Shown here: positions 37,747 through 37,943 of the stretch, piece after piece
How positions within the stretch are numbered: position 1 is the first letter of the stretch
Layout: every line of letters begins with the position of its first letter
NCBI GenBank assembly: GCA_048941285.1
Contig: JBHLNS010000034.1
Span: forward strand, 1 to 37,943
DNA from: Promethearchaeota archaeon
Lineage (GTDB): Archaea; Asgardarchaeota; Lokiarchaeia; Sigyniarchaeales; SOKP01
Length of the DNA: 37,943 nt
Direction: 5' to 3'
Position numbers and translations under genes: made by a program
The notes under the pieces: model-generated
Seen by the model: the letters and a program-made list of their open reading frames with translations, nothing else
The model's database searches: none
What the model was told of the DNA's origin: nothing

Positions 37747-37943
37747 TTAGGTTATAAACTGTTGCTTTATCCTATTAAAAAGAGGTTTTATTGAGTCTAT
37801 GCAATTTATATCTGACAAATTATAATTTTCATTTGGATAATAGACTAGTACTATTGAATCACATAAAGTCCCATTTATGTTATTAAAGCCAATATCATAA
37901 CCCACTATCTTAAATCCTTTCTTCAAGGCAAGAGACATTGAAG
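37747..37943 (-). CDS. C-terminal part of a gene entering from the right edge; possibly GNAT-like
   Basis: The frame is open to the window edge; (x)SMSLALKKGFKIVG resembles the GNAT motif B (AS..LA.K.GF...G). Confidence 0.5.
   Translation of the reverse strand, partial: SMSLALKKGFKIVGYDIGFNNINGTLCDSIVLVYYPNENYNLSDINCIDSIKPLFNRIKQQFIT

Overview
AT-rich archaeal chromosomal segment, most likely from an Asgard archaeon of class Lokiarchaeia. The evidence is a Loki-CTERM-like PGY sorting tail, a longin-like protein, Alba, archaeal-type cdhB/cdhC and many paralogous acyl-CoA genes. Lipid and acyl-CoA catabolism dominates the window: two acyl-CoA ligases, an IVD-type acyl-CoA dehydrogenase, three crotonase-family proteins, three thiolase-fold proteins that all lack the catalytic Cys, three DUF35 Zn-ribbon/OB proteins, an SCP2 lipid carrier and a FabK/NMO-like flavoenzyme. 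The best candidate for an undescribed system is a DUF35-Ltp4-like-Ltp3-like-DUF35 operon resembling the actinobacterial aldolase for branched sterol side chains, together with a second operon encoding a Cys-less thiolase, DUF35 and SCP2. Also present are a polar amino-acid ABC importer, a heterodimeric ABC exporter, ltaE, a GT4 glycosyltransferase, an orphan M-S fused N6 DNA methyltransferase, a C25 protease, CooT, an amidase and cdhB-cdhC. Features missed by the ORF track include a decayed PAN-like OB-domain pseudogene, a gene that appears to start at ATT, and a partial FAD oxidoreductase at the left edge. I found no rRNA, tRNA, CRISPR array or transposase. All family assignments come from motif recognition by eye; no database searches were run.
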